The notes under the pieces: generated by a model | Databases searched by the model: none | Seen by the model: only the letters and a program-made list of their open reading frames with translations | Told to the model about the DNA's origin: nothing | Source: Pseudomonadota bacterium | GTDB taxonomy: Bacteria; Pseudomonadota; Alphaproteobacteria; Rhodobacterales; Rhodobacteraceae | DNA: 64,000 bases | Assembly: GCA_040387915.1 (NCBI GenBank) | Contig: JAZKCV010000008.1 | Location: forward strand, 104,638 to 168,637 | Direction of reading: 5' to 3' | In this document: in pieces, positions 27,459 to 36,177 of the stretch | Layout of the letters: every line of letters starts with the position of its first letter | Position numbering within the stretch: position 1 is the stretch's first letter | Program-made: the position numbers and the translations under genes

Positions 27459-28130
27459 TTATTCGTCGCCGGGCACGCCGTAGGATGGGGCTTCGGTGGG
27501 GTCTTCGGCGCGCTGAACGTAGGCCGCCATTTGCGGGCGGTAGATTTCCCATGCCGTTTCAAGGGCTTGGATCGGCGTGTCGGACCAATCGATGCGCAGA
27601 TCGACCAAGGGCCAGTCGAGTTTGTCGGCGATTTTGATCCCCGCCGAATGAACAGGGCCGGCCTCGCCGCCTGCGGCCAGACCTGCGGTGAGGGCTGCAA
27701 TCAGACGGTCACCGAGGTGGCCTTTGGCGGTTTCAAACGCAGTGGTCATTGCGGATGGAATGCCGGGATTGGCGAGCAGATTACCGCCTGAAGCGCAGTC
27801 GATGCCCATGGCTTCGCCCCAGATGCCGAGGACTTGGCTGCCAGAGTGGATGGCGGTTCTGCCTGTGGTGTCAATCACCAGAAGTTGTCTGTAATCAATG
27901 TGTTGACGGTCTTTGGCGATGCTCTCTAAGGCCTGATCTGCTGGCTTGCCTTGGGCCAACGCGTCCAGCAACAGCGGGCCTAAGCTTGGGTCTGTGATGT
28001 TCTGGCTGGCGACGGCACCCACGCCCGCTCGTACGTGCGCACATCGGGCGGCGACGGCGGGGGAGGACGACGAGATTACCATGCCGAATTGTCCGGTTTT
28101 GGCGCAGCGGGCGATGAGCGAGAAGGTCAT
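27459..28130 (-). CDS. DUF1028 family protein (Ntn-hydrolase-like fold), function unknown
   Basis: Start at ATG 28130 with AAGGA SD (MTFSLIARCAKTGQFGMVISSSSPAVAARCAHVRAGVGAVASQN). The ORF-track extension to 28196 would read through the intergenic repeat. Confidence 0.65.
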   Translation of the reverse strand: MTFSLIARCAKTGQFGMVISSSSPAVAARCAHVRAGVGAVASQNITDPSLGPLLLDALAQGKPADQALESIAKDRQHIDYRQLLVIDTTGRTAIHSGSQVLGIWGEAMGIDCASGGNLLANPGIPSAMTTAFETAKGHLGDRLIAALTAGLAAGGEAGPVHSAGIKIADKLDWPLVDLRIDWSDTPIQALETAWEIYRPQMAAYVQRAEDPTEAPSYGVPGDE

Positions 28131-28154
28131 ATGTCGTCCTTTTGGCCAAGCGCC

Positions 28155-28205
28155 GGGGGTTTCACACCCCCGGACCCCTGTGGGATATTTGAGCACAGAG
28201 GATGA
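28155..28205 (+). repeat. intergenic repeat element, copy B (GGGGGTTTCACACCCCC hairpin plus core GGGATATTTGAGCACAGAGGATGA)
   Basis: Lies between the RidA stop and the DUF1028 start. Hairpin at 28155-28171; core at 28182-28205 identical to copy A. Confidence 0.7.
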
Positions 28206-28219
28206 ATCGTTTCAGAAGG

Positions 28220-28636
28220 TTAATCCGGGATCACGGCAGTCGCGTCAATCTCGACCAGCCAATCCGGGCGCGCCAAAGCCACCACGGTCAGGCCGGTGCA
28301 AACCGGATGCACGCCTTTGATGTATTCGCCCATCACGCGGTAGACGGGTTCGCGGTGGCGCACGTCGGTGAGGTAGACGACGAGCTTGACCAGATGTTCC
28401 ATCCGCCCGCCGGCTTCTTCGATCATCTGTTTGATATTGCTCATCACTTTATGGGTCTGCTCGGCGGGATCGTGGCTGCCGAGGTTCTCGGCGGTGTCGA
28501 GATCTTGCGGGCAGGCGCCGCGGAAATAGAGCGTGGTGCCGCCACGGGTGGCGACGAGGTGGCAGAGGTCGTTGTCGAGATTCTGCTCGGGGTAGGTGAC
28601 TTTGGTGTTGAACTTGCGGTAGCGGGTGATGGTCAT
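28220..28636 (-). CDS. RidA family protein (YjgF/enamine-imine deaminase)
   Basis: 138 aa, typical RidA size. Conserved C-terminal region (LVKLVVYLTDVRHREPVYRVMGEY...). SD CAGGAA. Confidence 0.8.
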   Translation of the reverse strand: MTITRYRKFNTKVTYPEQNLDNDLCHLVATRGGTTLYFRGACPQDLDTAENLGSHDPAEQTHKVMSNIKQMIEEAGGRMEHLVKLVVYLTDVRHREPVYRVMGEYIKGVHPVCTGLTVVALARPDWLVEIDATAVIPD

Positions 28637-28654
28637 GGCTTTTCCTGTAGGTCG

Positions 28655-29788
28655 TTAGGCCGGGATGCGGCTGGCGAGATATTGCGCGAATTCGTAATTT
28701 GGCCGCTCTAGATGCGACAGCGGGCCGGGGCTGGCCATGCCCGAGAGCAGGCCGCGATAGACTTTCTCGGTGCAGCCTTTGTCCTCGATGTTCACATCAT
28801 CGAGCAGGGCTTTGACGCTGGCGAGATGGCCCGCCGCATCGGGGTCGGCGAGCCAATCGGCGCTCATCCCCATGCCGAACAGCACGTTGACGCGACCGGG
28901 GCCGTCGGGGGTCAGCGACAAATACCAGAAATAACCGGGCGTCAGCGTGATCAGCAGCGAGGGGTAGATCGCCAGAAGCCAGGTTTTGCGGCGGTCATCG
29001 CCTTGCAGGCTGGTGTTCGTTGGATGGGCGAGGGCGAGGGGGACGGAATCGTTTTTCAGAATCCAGTGGTAGTTGAACGCCTCAGTGCCTTCGGGGCAGA
29101 TCATTTCGTCCAGCTTTGACGCACCGCCAATGGTGCCCGCGTGGCACATCGGCAGGTGGTAGGATTCCATGAAATTCTCGGCCAGAACCTTCCAATTCGT
29201 CGCCCAGTTGAAGCTTTCCTGATAGGTTTCGGTATAGGTCGACATATCTAGGTTCGGGATCAGATCGCGCACGCCTTGCAGGGCGATTTCGGGATCGGGG
29301 GCGTTGGGATTCAGACTGACCATGATCCAGCCTTGCCAGATCTGGCAGCGGATTTGCGGTAGCGACAACTGATCCTTGCAAAAGCCCTCATTCAGCGTCA
29401 TCGCGGCGGCCCCACGCAGAGTGCCGTCGAGATTATAGGTCCAGGCATGGTAGGGGCAGACGATGGCGCGGGTGGTGCCGCGACCTTGCAGCAGGGTCGA
29501 CATCCGGTGACGGCAGACGTTGGACATCGCGCGGATTTGGTTGTCACGGTCGCGCAGCACGATCACCGGCTCTCCGGCGATTTGCATGGTCAGATAATCG
29601 CCCGGATTGGCTAGGGTTTCGGCGCGGCCTGCGCAGAGCCAATCCTGCGCGAAGATGTATTTCTGCTCGGCGGCGAGGAAGGCATCACTGGTATAGAGCG
29701 ATTTCGGCATCGCATGGGCCTGATTGAACGGCACCGCGACATTGGCGTGCAACTCGGCGGCGGGGGTCAGGCTGTGATGCTGGTTCAT
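28655..29788 (-). CDS. Rieske [2Fe-2S] non-heme-iron oxygenase alpha subunit, quaternary-amine demethylase-like (GbcA/Stc2/CntA-type)
   Basis: 377 aa. Rieske motif CRHRMSTLLQG...CPYHAWTY. Catalytic domain with mononuclear iron ligands (NFMESYHLPMCH). No reductase gene adjacent. Confidence 0.75.
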   Translation of the reverse strand: MNQHHSLTPAAELHANVAVPFNQAHAMPKSLYTSDAFLAAEQKYIFAQDWLCAGRAETLANPGDYLTMQIAGEPVIVLRDRDNQIRAMSNVCRHRMSTLLQGRGTTRAIVCPYHAWTYNLDGTLRGAAAMTLNEGFCKDQLSLPQIRCQIWQGWIMVSLNPNAPDPEIALQGVRDLIPNLDMSTYTETYQESFNWATNWKVLAENFMESYHLPMCHAGTIGGASKLDEMICPEGTEAFNYHWILKNDSVPLALAHPTNTSLQGDDRRKTWLLAIYPSLLITLTPGYFWYLSLTPDGPGRVNVLFGMGMSADWLADPDAAGHLASVKALLDDVNIEDKGCTEKVYRGLLSGMASPGPLSHLERPNYEFAQYLASRIPA

Positions 29789-30016
29789 GGCTTGCTCGCG
29801 GCTGGGGGCTCGGTGCCCGAACTTTGCCCGAAAGTGGCGTTGTGGGCTATCAGTGTTTTGCTCAGCTTTGCTTAGGCTTGGCTTAAGCCATCCTGCAGGC
29901 TGGCTTTGGGCCTAGCCTAATCAATGCTGCATGAAATCCTTATTTGCGTGGGGCGGGGTCTGTTTTACACGATGGGGAACCGCCGATGAGGCCACCCACA
30001 GCAAAAGGACGCCACG

Positions 30017-31234
30017 ATGCCCGTTGAACATGTTGACACGCTGATCATTGGTGGCGGGCAGGCGGGGCTTGCGATGAGCGCGCAGCTGCGGGAGCGCGGT
30101 GTGCCGCATGTCGTGCTGGAGCGGCACCGGATTGCCGAGCGCTGGCGGTCGGAGCGCTGGGATTCGTTGGTGGCGAATGGTCCGGCTTGGCATGACCGCT
30201 TTCCGATCCGTCAATTTGAGCAGCTGGACCCGGATGCTTTCGCGCCGAAAGATCAGATTGTGGCGTATTTTGAGGGCGTTGCTGCGCAGATCGAGGCCCC
30301 GATGCGCTGCGGCGTTGAGGTGACGGCACTGGTTCAAGGCGCGCAGGGATTTGTCGCCGAAACCTCTGGCGGGCGGATTGAAGCGCGCAATGTGGTGGTG
30401 GCGACGGGGCCGTTTCAGAAGCCATTGGTGCCGACTTTGGTGCCCGAAAGCGCCGGGATCGTGCAGATGCATTCCAATGCCTACCGCAATCCGGGGCAGT
30501 TGCCGGAGGGGGCGGTTTTGGTGGTGGGGGCGGGGTCTTCGGGCTCGCAGATCGCCGATGAGATCAGCCGTTCGGGGCGTAAGGTTTACCTGTCGGTTGG
30601 GCCGCATGATCGCCCGCCGCGCGCCTACAGGGGGAAGGACTTTTGCTGGTGGTTGGGCGTGCTGGGGCAGTGGGATCAGAAGGTGAAGGCGCCGGGGACC
30701 GAGCATATCACGATTGCGGTTTCGGGGGCTTATGGCGGGCATACCGTGGATTTCCGCGATCTGGCGGCGCAGGGGATGACCTTGCTGGGGCGGGTTGGGG
30801 CCTACCGCGATGGGGTGCTGGCGGTCGGGGACGATCTGGGGCGGAATATCCGCGCGGGCGATGCGAATTATCTCGCCACGCTGGCGCTGGCCGATGCCTA
30901 CGCGGCGGAGCAGGGGCTGGATTTGCCGCTGGAGGAGGAGGCGAAGATTATCGGGGCGGAGCCGGATTGTGTGAGGCATCCGATTTTGGCGCTGGATTTG
31001 GCGAAGGAGGGGGTGACTTCGATTATTTGGGCCACGGGTTTCGCGTTGGATTTCGGCTGGTTGCAGGTCGATGCCTTTGATGAAAAGGGCCGTCCGGCGC
31101 ATGATCGGGGGGTTTCCGGGGTGCCGGGGTTGTATTTTCTGGGGCTGCCGTGGCTTTCCAGAAGGGCTTCGCCGTTCATCTGGGGGGTCTGGCATGATGC
31201 GGATTATTTGGCGGGGCATATCGCGGGTCAGTGA
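30017..31234 (+). CDS. FAD/NAD(P)-binding flavoprotein monooxygenase-like oxidoreductase (class B FMO / CzcO-like)
   Basis: 405 aa. FAD fold DTLIIGGGQAGLAMSAQL and second fold AVLVVGAGSSGSQIADEI. The canonical FMO FxGxxxHxxxY motif is not evident, so the subfamily is uncertain. Confidence 0.65.
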   Translation: MPVEHVDTLIIGGGQAGLAMSAQLRERGVPHVVLERHRIAERWRSERWDSLVANGPAWHDRFPIRQFEQLDPDAFAPKDQIVAYFEGVAAQIEAPMRCGVEVTALVQGAQGFVAETSGGRIEARNVVVATGPFQKPLVPTLVPESAGIVQMHSNAYRNPGQLPEGAVLVVGAGSSGSQIADEISRSGRKVYLSVGPHDRPPRAYRGKDFCWWLGVLGQWDQKVKAPGTEHITIAVSGAYGGHTVDFRDLAAQGMTLLGRVGAYRDGVLAVGDDLGRNIRAGDANYLATLALADAYAAEQGLDLPLEEEAKIIGAEPDCVRHPILALDLAKEGVTSIIWATGFALDFGWLQVDAFDEKGRPAHDRGVSGVPGLYFLGLPWLSRRASPFIWGVWHDADYLAGHIAGQ

Positions 31235-31261
31235 GTGTCCACGCGTGGACAGGAAAAAACT

Positions 31262-31290
31262 GCAAGTGAAGTCAATCACTTGCGGTTTTT
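31262..31290. terminator. bidirectional rho-independent terminator between the convergent FMO-like and flotillin genes
   Basis: GCAAGTGA-agtcaa-TCACTTGC followed by GGTTTTT on the + strand and by a T-run on the - strand. A palindrome GTCCACGCGTGGAC lies just upstream at 31237-31250. Confidence 0.7.
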
Positions 31291-31310
31291 CGTTCAGGAT
31301 TTGTTAAGCT

Positions 31311-32690
31311 TTAGGCGTTGGAAAGGGTGTCGGGCGGGCTGTCTGGCACGTTGGCAGGGGCGGGCGCTACAACAGGGGTTGCGGGCACGGCGGCGGGTTT
31401 GATGGCTTTGTCCAGAAACGCCTTGCCCAGCGGACTTTGCGCAAAGGCCTCGACCGAAGCCGCAAGATGGGTGCCGCCTTTTGAGGTGAACAGATCCATC
31501 ACCGAGCTCATGCCCTCGACCGCACCACCAGTATTGGCGATCACCTTGACATCGGCGGCTTGCAGCGCGCGGGCCTGCTCGCCACCGACGACGATATAGC
31601 CTTTGATGCCCTCAATCGTCATCAGATATTGCTGGTAGCTGGCATTCTCGCCGATCTCTTTGGCCAGCACGATTTGCGCCTCAACCGGGGCGAGTTGCAT
31701 GGCTTTTTCGGCGGCGGCGCGGGCCTCGCCCAAGGCTTGAATACCCTCGGCCTCGCGCATTTGCGCGGCAAGATTGCCCTCGGCGATGATCACCGTGGTT
31801 TGCTTGTCTTGCTCGGCGGCGACCACCTGTTTGTCACGCTCAATCTCGGCGCGGCGGACCTCATCGACGCGGGTCACGGCCATGTGACGCTCGCGGGTTT
31901 CCTTTTCTTGGGTCAGGATTTCTTGCCGGGCTTGTTCCTGCGCAATACCGACAAGCCGTTGCTTTTCAGCGGTTTTCTCACCCACGGCGCGCTCGGCTTC
32001 CTGCTTGCGCATGTCAATTTCACGCTGCGCTTCAATCTCGGCAGTTTCAGCGGCGCGCTTATTTTCGGCCACTTCGCGCCGACTTTCCATCTCGATATGC
32101 GAGATCTTTTTCGCCATGATGTTCGAGATCACCTTCGAGCCGCTGGCATCACGAATATCCATCAATTCCATAGACTTGACGGGTTCTACACCCCATTGCT
32201 TGAGCTGTTCGATCACCTCAGAGGTGAAGGCCGCGCCGAATTTGGAACGCTCCAACATGATGGCGTCGATCTTGTCGGAGGCCAACACTTTGCGCACCGC
32301 ACCCTGCACGATCTGCATCAACTGTTCTTTCAAAGCGGCAATCGAATCAACGCGTTGCGCGGCGATCGCGGTATCGGCGATGCGGAAAAACGAGGTGACA
32401 TGCACCATGAACGGCACGCGGTCGGTGTCGTAAGCCTCATAATCTTCTAGCGTCAGATCGAAGTTGCTGACGGGCAGTTGGATCACATTGACACCAAAGC
32501 GAGGAATCCACGACGGCCACGCGTAGTAGACGTTTCCGGCATCAAGGTTGGTGCCATAGGGCGTCGTGGCGCGGCCACGCTGGATGATGTGAACGACATT
32601 GGTGCTGACCACGCGGCGAAACAGGATCGCCAGCAGCAGGGCAAGCACGACCAGCGCCACAATGGCGATCAGCAGAGGCAACAGCGGCAT
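31311..32690 (-). CDS. flotillin / SPFH (band 7) family membrane protein
   Basis: First ATG at 32690 with a GGAG SD (the ORF-track start at 32702 is TTG). N-terminal TM LLPLLIAIVALVVLALLLAILF, SPFH domain, then a long EA-rich coiled-coil (flotillin repeats) and C-terminal tail. Confidence 0.8.
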   Translation of the reverse strand: MPLLPLLIAIVALVVLALLLAILFRRVVSTNVVHIIQRGRATTPYGTNLDAGNVYYAWPSWIPRFGVNVIQLPVSNFDLTLEDYEAYDTDRVPFMVHVTSFFRIADTAIAAQRVDSIAALKEQLMQIVQGAVRKVLASDKIDAIMLERSKFGAAFTSEVIEQLKQWGVEPVKSMELMDIRDASGSKVISNIMAKKISHIEMESRREVAENKRAAETAEIEAQREIDMRKQEAERAVGEKTAEKQRLVGIAQEQARQEILTQEKETRERHMAVTRVDEVRRAEIERDKQVVAAEQDKQTTVIIAEGNLAAQMREAEGIQALGEARAAAEKAMQLAPVEAQIVLAKEIGENASYQQYLMTIEGIKGYIVVGGEQARALQAADVKVIANTGGAVEGMSSVMDLFTSKGGTHLAASVEAFAQSPLGKAFLDKAIKPAAVPATPVVAPAPANVPDSPPDTLSNA

Positions 32691-32775
32691 GGCAATCTCC
32701 AAAATGCAATGATGCCGAGTGTGCGATGGATTGGCTTAAAATACAATCAAGCCGGTGGGGGGAGTTTTGCGCCGG

Positions 32776-33795
32776 TCAAGTCACCAGCGCGCGTTGCTCG
32801 GGCAGGCTCATAGAGATGACGAGGGGGTTTTGGGCTTGGCGGGTTTGGAAATCTGCTTTGCTGGCAAGGTGTTGGTGGTTTGTCAGGATCAGGCTTTGCG
32901 CCACAGCGCCGCCGAGCGTCGTGCCGGGGCCTGCGATGATGAACAGGTCGGGGGCGAATTCGCGAGCGGCGGTGCGGATGGCGGCGGTGAAATCGTAGGG
33001 TTCGGTCACTTGATGGCCGAGGGTGTAGGCGTGGAGTTGCTCGGTTTTGGTGGCACCGGGCCACCAGATGCTGCCGCGCCCGTCGATCAGCGGTTTTTGC
33101 GGTTGTTGGAAGAGGCTGGCGGGGAGTTGGGCACGGCCTTGGGCGGCGACGGGGGCTTGCAGGGCGGTGTGGAAGGCGGCGTGGTTGGCAAGCCGCATCG
33201 GGAAGCGGGATTGTTCCGGGGGGACGGCGGCCTCAAAAGCCTTCAGGCCGGGTTCGTTGCCTGCCAGCACCAGCATCCCGCCGAGGTCGATAGACAGGGT
33301 CAATATGTGGTCGGGTCGGGTGTTGATTTCGGCGGCAATGGCCAGCAGGTCGGCCTTGCGGGCGGGGTTGGGCTGCCAGTTTTCGCCGAGGAATGGATGG
33401 ATGATCTGGCCGCCGATCAGGCTTTGCTGCATCAGCGTGCCCATGGTGTTGACCACTTCAAAACCGTTTTCAGGGCTGAGGGCTCCGGCACAGGCGAGGG
33501 CGGAGTACCAGCCCATCGAATTGCCAGTGACGGCTGTGATTTCAATGTCTTGCAGGGATAGCGCGTCGCCCAGAGTGCAGGCGTAGATCAGGGCGGAAGC
33601 GTTGTCGCCTCTGGTGTGTTTTGAGACGGAATAGGTCGGGGAAGTGTCTAGGGCGGTGAGGGTTTCTTGGTTGAGGGCCGTGCGGCGGGCGTCGAAATGC
33701 GCCAGCAGCTTAGCGTCTGGGAAGCGGGCGAGCGCGCCGAGTTCGGTCTTGGTGTAGGTGCCACGGCCGGGGCAGATCAGGACGGCTGTTCTCAT
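32776..33795 (-). CDS. acyltransferase-domain protein (malonyl-CoA:ACP transacylase / FabD-like fold)
   Basis: ATG 33795 overlaps the upstream E1 gene stop (ATGA). GNSMGWYSALACAGAL is the GxSxG nucleophile elbow of the AT-domain family. About 340 aa. Confidence 0.65.
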   Translation of the reverse strand: MRTAVLICPGRGTYTKTELGALARFPDAKLLAHFDARRTALNQETLTALDTSPTYSVSKHTRGDNASALIYACTLGDALSLQDIEITAVTGNSMGWYSALACAGALSPENGFEVVNTMGTLMQQSLIGGQIIHPFLGENWQPNPARKADLLAIAAEINTRPDHILTLSIDLGGMLVLAGNEPGLKAFEAAVPPEQSRFPMRLANHAAFHTALQAPVAAQGRAQLPASLFQQPQKPLIDGRGSIWWPGATKTEQLHAYTLGHQVTEPYDFTAAIRTAAREFAPDLFIIAGPGTTLGGAVAQSLILTNHQHLASKADFQTRQAQNPLVISMSLPEQRALVT

Positions 33796-35972
33796 TTGCA
33801 AAGCTCCATGGCGGCGGCGGTGATGCTGGCAGCGGAGGGCATGGTGGCGGCATAGGCGGGGCCGGTGGCGATGAAGCTGTCAGTTGCGGTGAGGCGGGCG
33901 AGGTTGGCTTTGCTGCCTTCGTGGAACAGCGCCATCAGGGCTTCGGCGACGCCACCGGAATGGCGGGTTTCATCGACGATCAGGATGTTTTTGCAAGGCG
34001 CGGTGGCGGCGAGGAGGGCTTCGACCGGGAGGGGGGAGAGCCAGCGGGTGTCTATGATGCGGGCCTTGATACCGGATGAGGTTATGGCCGGAAGTGCTTG
34101 ATATGAAAGGTAATTGCCGTTGCCAAAGGTGACGATGGCGAGGTCAGTGCCGTCACCGTGGATGCCGACTTCGCCGAGGGGGATGGTCTGATCCGGTGCG
34201 GGATAGCGTTGCATCCAAGCGCCGTCTTTGTCGGCGTGCAGGTCGCGCATTGGGTAGAGCGCGATGGGCTCCAAGAAGACGACAAGCCGCTGTTCTTCGC
34301 GGGCCAATCGGGCACATTCGCGCAGCATTTTGGCGGCATCGGCTCCGTTCGAGGGCACGGCGAGGATCAGGCCGGGAATGTCGCGCAGCACGGCGACCGA
34401 ATTGTCATTGTGGAAATGGCCGCCGAAGCCTTTCTGATAGCCAAGCCCCGCGATGCGCAGCACCATCGGGTTGGAATATTGGCCGTTGGAGAAGAACGGC
34501 AGGGTGGCGGCTTCACCCCGAAGTTGATCCTCGGCGTTGTGCAGATAGGCGAGGAACTGGATTTCCGGGAACGGGATGAAGCCATTTTGCGCCATGCCGA
34601 TGGCGAGGCCGAGGATGGATTGCTCATCGAGCAGGGTGTCGATCATCCGATGCGGGCCGAAGCGTTGGGTCAGCTTTTGGGTGACACCGTAAACGCCACC
34701 TTTGCGGCCGACATCCTCGCCCATCATCACGATTTCGGGGTGGGTCAGCATCAGATCGGTCAACGCCCAGTTGATCAGGCGCGACATGATCTGTGGCTCG
34801 TCCATCTGCTTGAGATCGCTGCCGAAAGCGGTTGCGCGGGCGTCTGGGCTGGGGCCGTTGGAGGGCTTGCAGGGGCGATGCGGCGGGATGATGGCGGCCA
34901 TGACTTCGGCTGCGGTTTTCAGGTGCGGGCGGGTGATGGCCTCGGCGGCGATACGGGTGATGCGCTGTGCGGTATCGGTATAGATTTCAAGCGCTTGGGC
35001 GGCGGGCAGGGCTGCGGCCTGATCTAGTTGGCGCACCATATGCAGCAGCGGATCGTGCGCCTCCTCGGCCTCAACTTCCTCGCGCGGCAGATAGGTGGTG
35101 GGCATATCGGCCCCGGCGTGACCGTAGAGGCGGATGGTTTTCAGGTGCAGGAAGGCAGGTTTGCGGCGGGTTCGGATGTAATCGGCGGCCTCTTGCGCGA
35201 CTTTATAGGTGTCGTAGATATCAAGACCATTGGCGTGGAAATACTTCAGGCCGGGGCGGTGTTTGAAGGAATTCGCGATCCAGTCGGTGGGGGTTTTGGT
35301 GGAAATCCCGATGCCGTTGTCTTCGCAGACGAACAGCAGCGGCAGGGGGAGGTTTTGGTACGAGGTCCAGCCTGCGGCGTTGAACGCACCTTGGGCGGTG
35401 GAATGGTTGGCGGAGGCATCGCCGAAAGAGCAGTAGACGATGGCGTCATCGGGAAGCTGCGCGTGTTCTGGGCGGTTTTTCTTTGCCGCTGCAATGGCAT
35501 AGGCGGCCCCGACGGCTTTCGGCAGATGCGATGCGATGGTCGAGGTTTGCGGCGGGATGTTTAGGGACTTGCTGCCCAGAACCTTGTGACGACCGCCGGA
35601 AATCGGATCATCCGATGAGGCCGCGAAGCTGAGAAGCATGTCATAGGCGATGGTTTGGCCCGGCACTTGCCCTGCGCGGGCAATCTGGAAGGCGGCGTCG
35701 CGGTAGTGCAGGAAGGCCATATCGGTCGGGCGCAGGGCGAGGGCGACTGCGGCGAGCCCCTCGTGACCGGACGAGCCGATGGTGTAAAAGCCGGTGCCTT
35801 GGCGCTGCATCTCGCGCGAGGTGCGGTCCAGCGCGCGGGAGGTGCAGGCGGCGCGGTAGATCGCTACGGCGTCTTCGGGGGTGAGCGGGCCAGTGGGGGC
35901 GGCACCTGCGGGGAAATCGCGGGCGACGACTCGGCGCAGGAAGTTTTCGTGCACGATGACTGAGCGGCCCAT
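33792..35972 (-). CDS. TPP-dependent 2-oxoacid dehydrogenase E1 component, fused alpha+beta subunits
   Basis: Start placed at ATG 35972 (strong SD GGGGAGAAG; alternative ATG at 35996). N-terminal half carries the TPP-binding E1-alpha region (YCSFGDASANHSTAQGAFNAAG...CEDNGIGIST). C-terminal half is the E1-beta / transketolase-like pyrimidine-binding and C-terminal domains. Confidence 0.8.
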   Translation of the reverse strand: MGRSVIVHENFLRRVVARDFPAGAAPTGPLTPEDAVAIYRAACTSRALDRTSREMQRQGTGFYTIGSSGHEGLAAVALALRPTDMAFLHYRDAAFQIARAGQVPGQTIAYDMLLSFAASSDDPISGGRHKVLGSKSLNIPPQTSTIASHLPKAVGAAYAIAAAKKNRPEHAQLPDDAIVYCSFGDASANHSTAQGAFNAAGWTSYQNLPLPLLFVCEDNGIGISTKTPTDWIANSFKHRPGLKYFHANGLDIYDTYKVAQEAADYIRTRRKPAFLHLKTIRLYGHAGADMPTTYLPREEVEAEEAHDPLLHMVRQLDQAAALPAAQALEIYTDTAQRITRIAAEAITRPHLKTAAEVMAAIIPPHRPCKPSNGPSPDARATAFGSDLKQMDEPQIMSRLINWALTDLMLTHPEIVMMGEDVGRKGGVYGVTQKLTQRFGPHRMIDTLLDEQSILGLAIGMAQNGFIPFPEIQFLAYLHNAEDQLRGEAATLPFFSNGQYSNPMVLRIAGLGYQKGFGGHFHNDNSVAVLRDIPGLILAVPSNGADAAKMLRECARLAREEQRLVVFLEPIALYPMRDLHADKDGAWMQRYPAPDQTIPLGEVGIHGDGTDLAIVTFGNGNYLSYQALPAITSSGIKARIIDTRWLSPLPVEALLAATAPCKNILIVDETRHSGGVAEALMALFHEGSKANLARLTATDSFIATGPAYAATMPSAASITAAAMELCK

Positions 35973-36068
35973 GATCTTCTCCCCAATTTGCGGCATTTTT
36001 AGCCGAAACCGCAGGGCTAAGATATTGAGAAGACGGCATGGGTCTATGTAAAATCGGCATAGAGGCGG

Positions 36069-36101
36069 CTGGACTTATCGGCCCGTGCGGTCTGGACATA
36101 A
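36069..36101 (+). promoter_or_regulatory. candidate TauR operator upstream of tpa: direct repeats CTGGACTTAT-N13-CTGGACATAA
   Basis: Two 10-bp direct repeats 76-109 bp upstream of the tpa start. They resemble the CTGGACYTAA repeats I recall as TauR sites in Rhodobacter. The same architecture recurs at 39328-39360. Confidence 0.5.
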
Positions 36102-36177
36102 GAGGATGCCGCGTGATCCCGGATTATGCCGCCAAACAGGCCCGCGCGGTGCGGCCTATGCAAAGTGAGGTTCAGCC

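Noticed and set aside
30017-31234. Calling the FMO-like flavoprotein a trimethylamine monooxygenase (Tmm)
   Set aside because: It is tempting given the methylamine theme of the neighbouring cluster. But the protein is about 45 aa shorter than Tmm, and I could not find the FxGxxxHxxxY/F FMO-identifying motif. It is kept as a generic class B flavoprotein.
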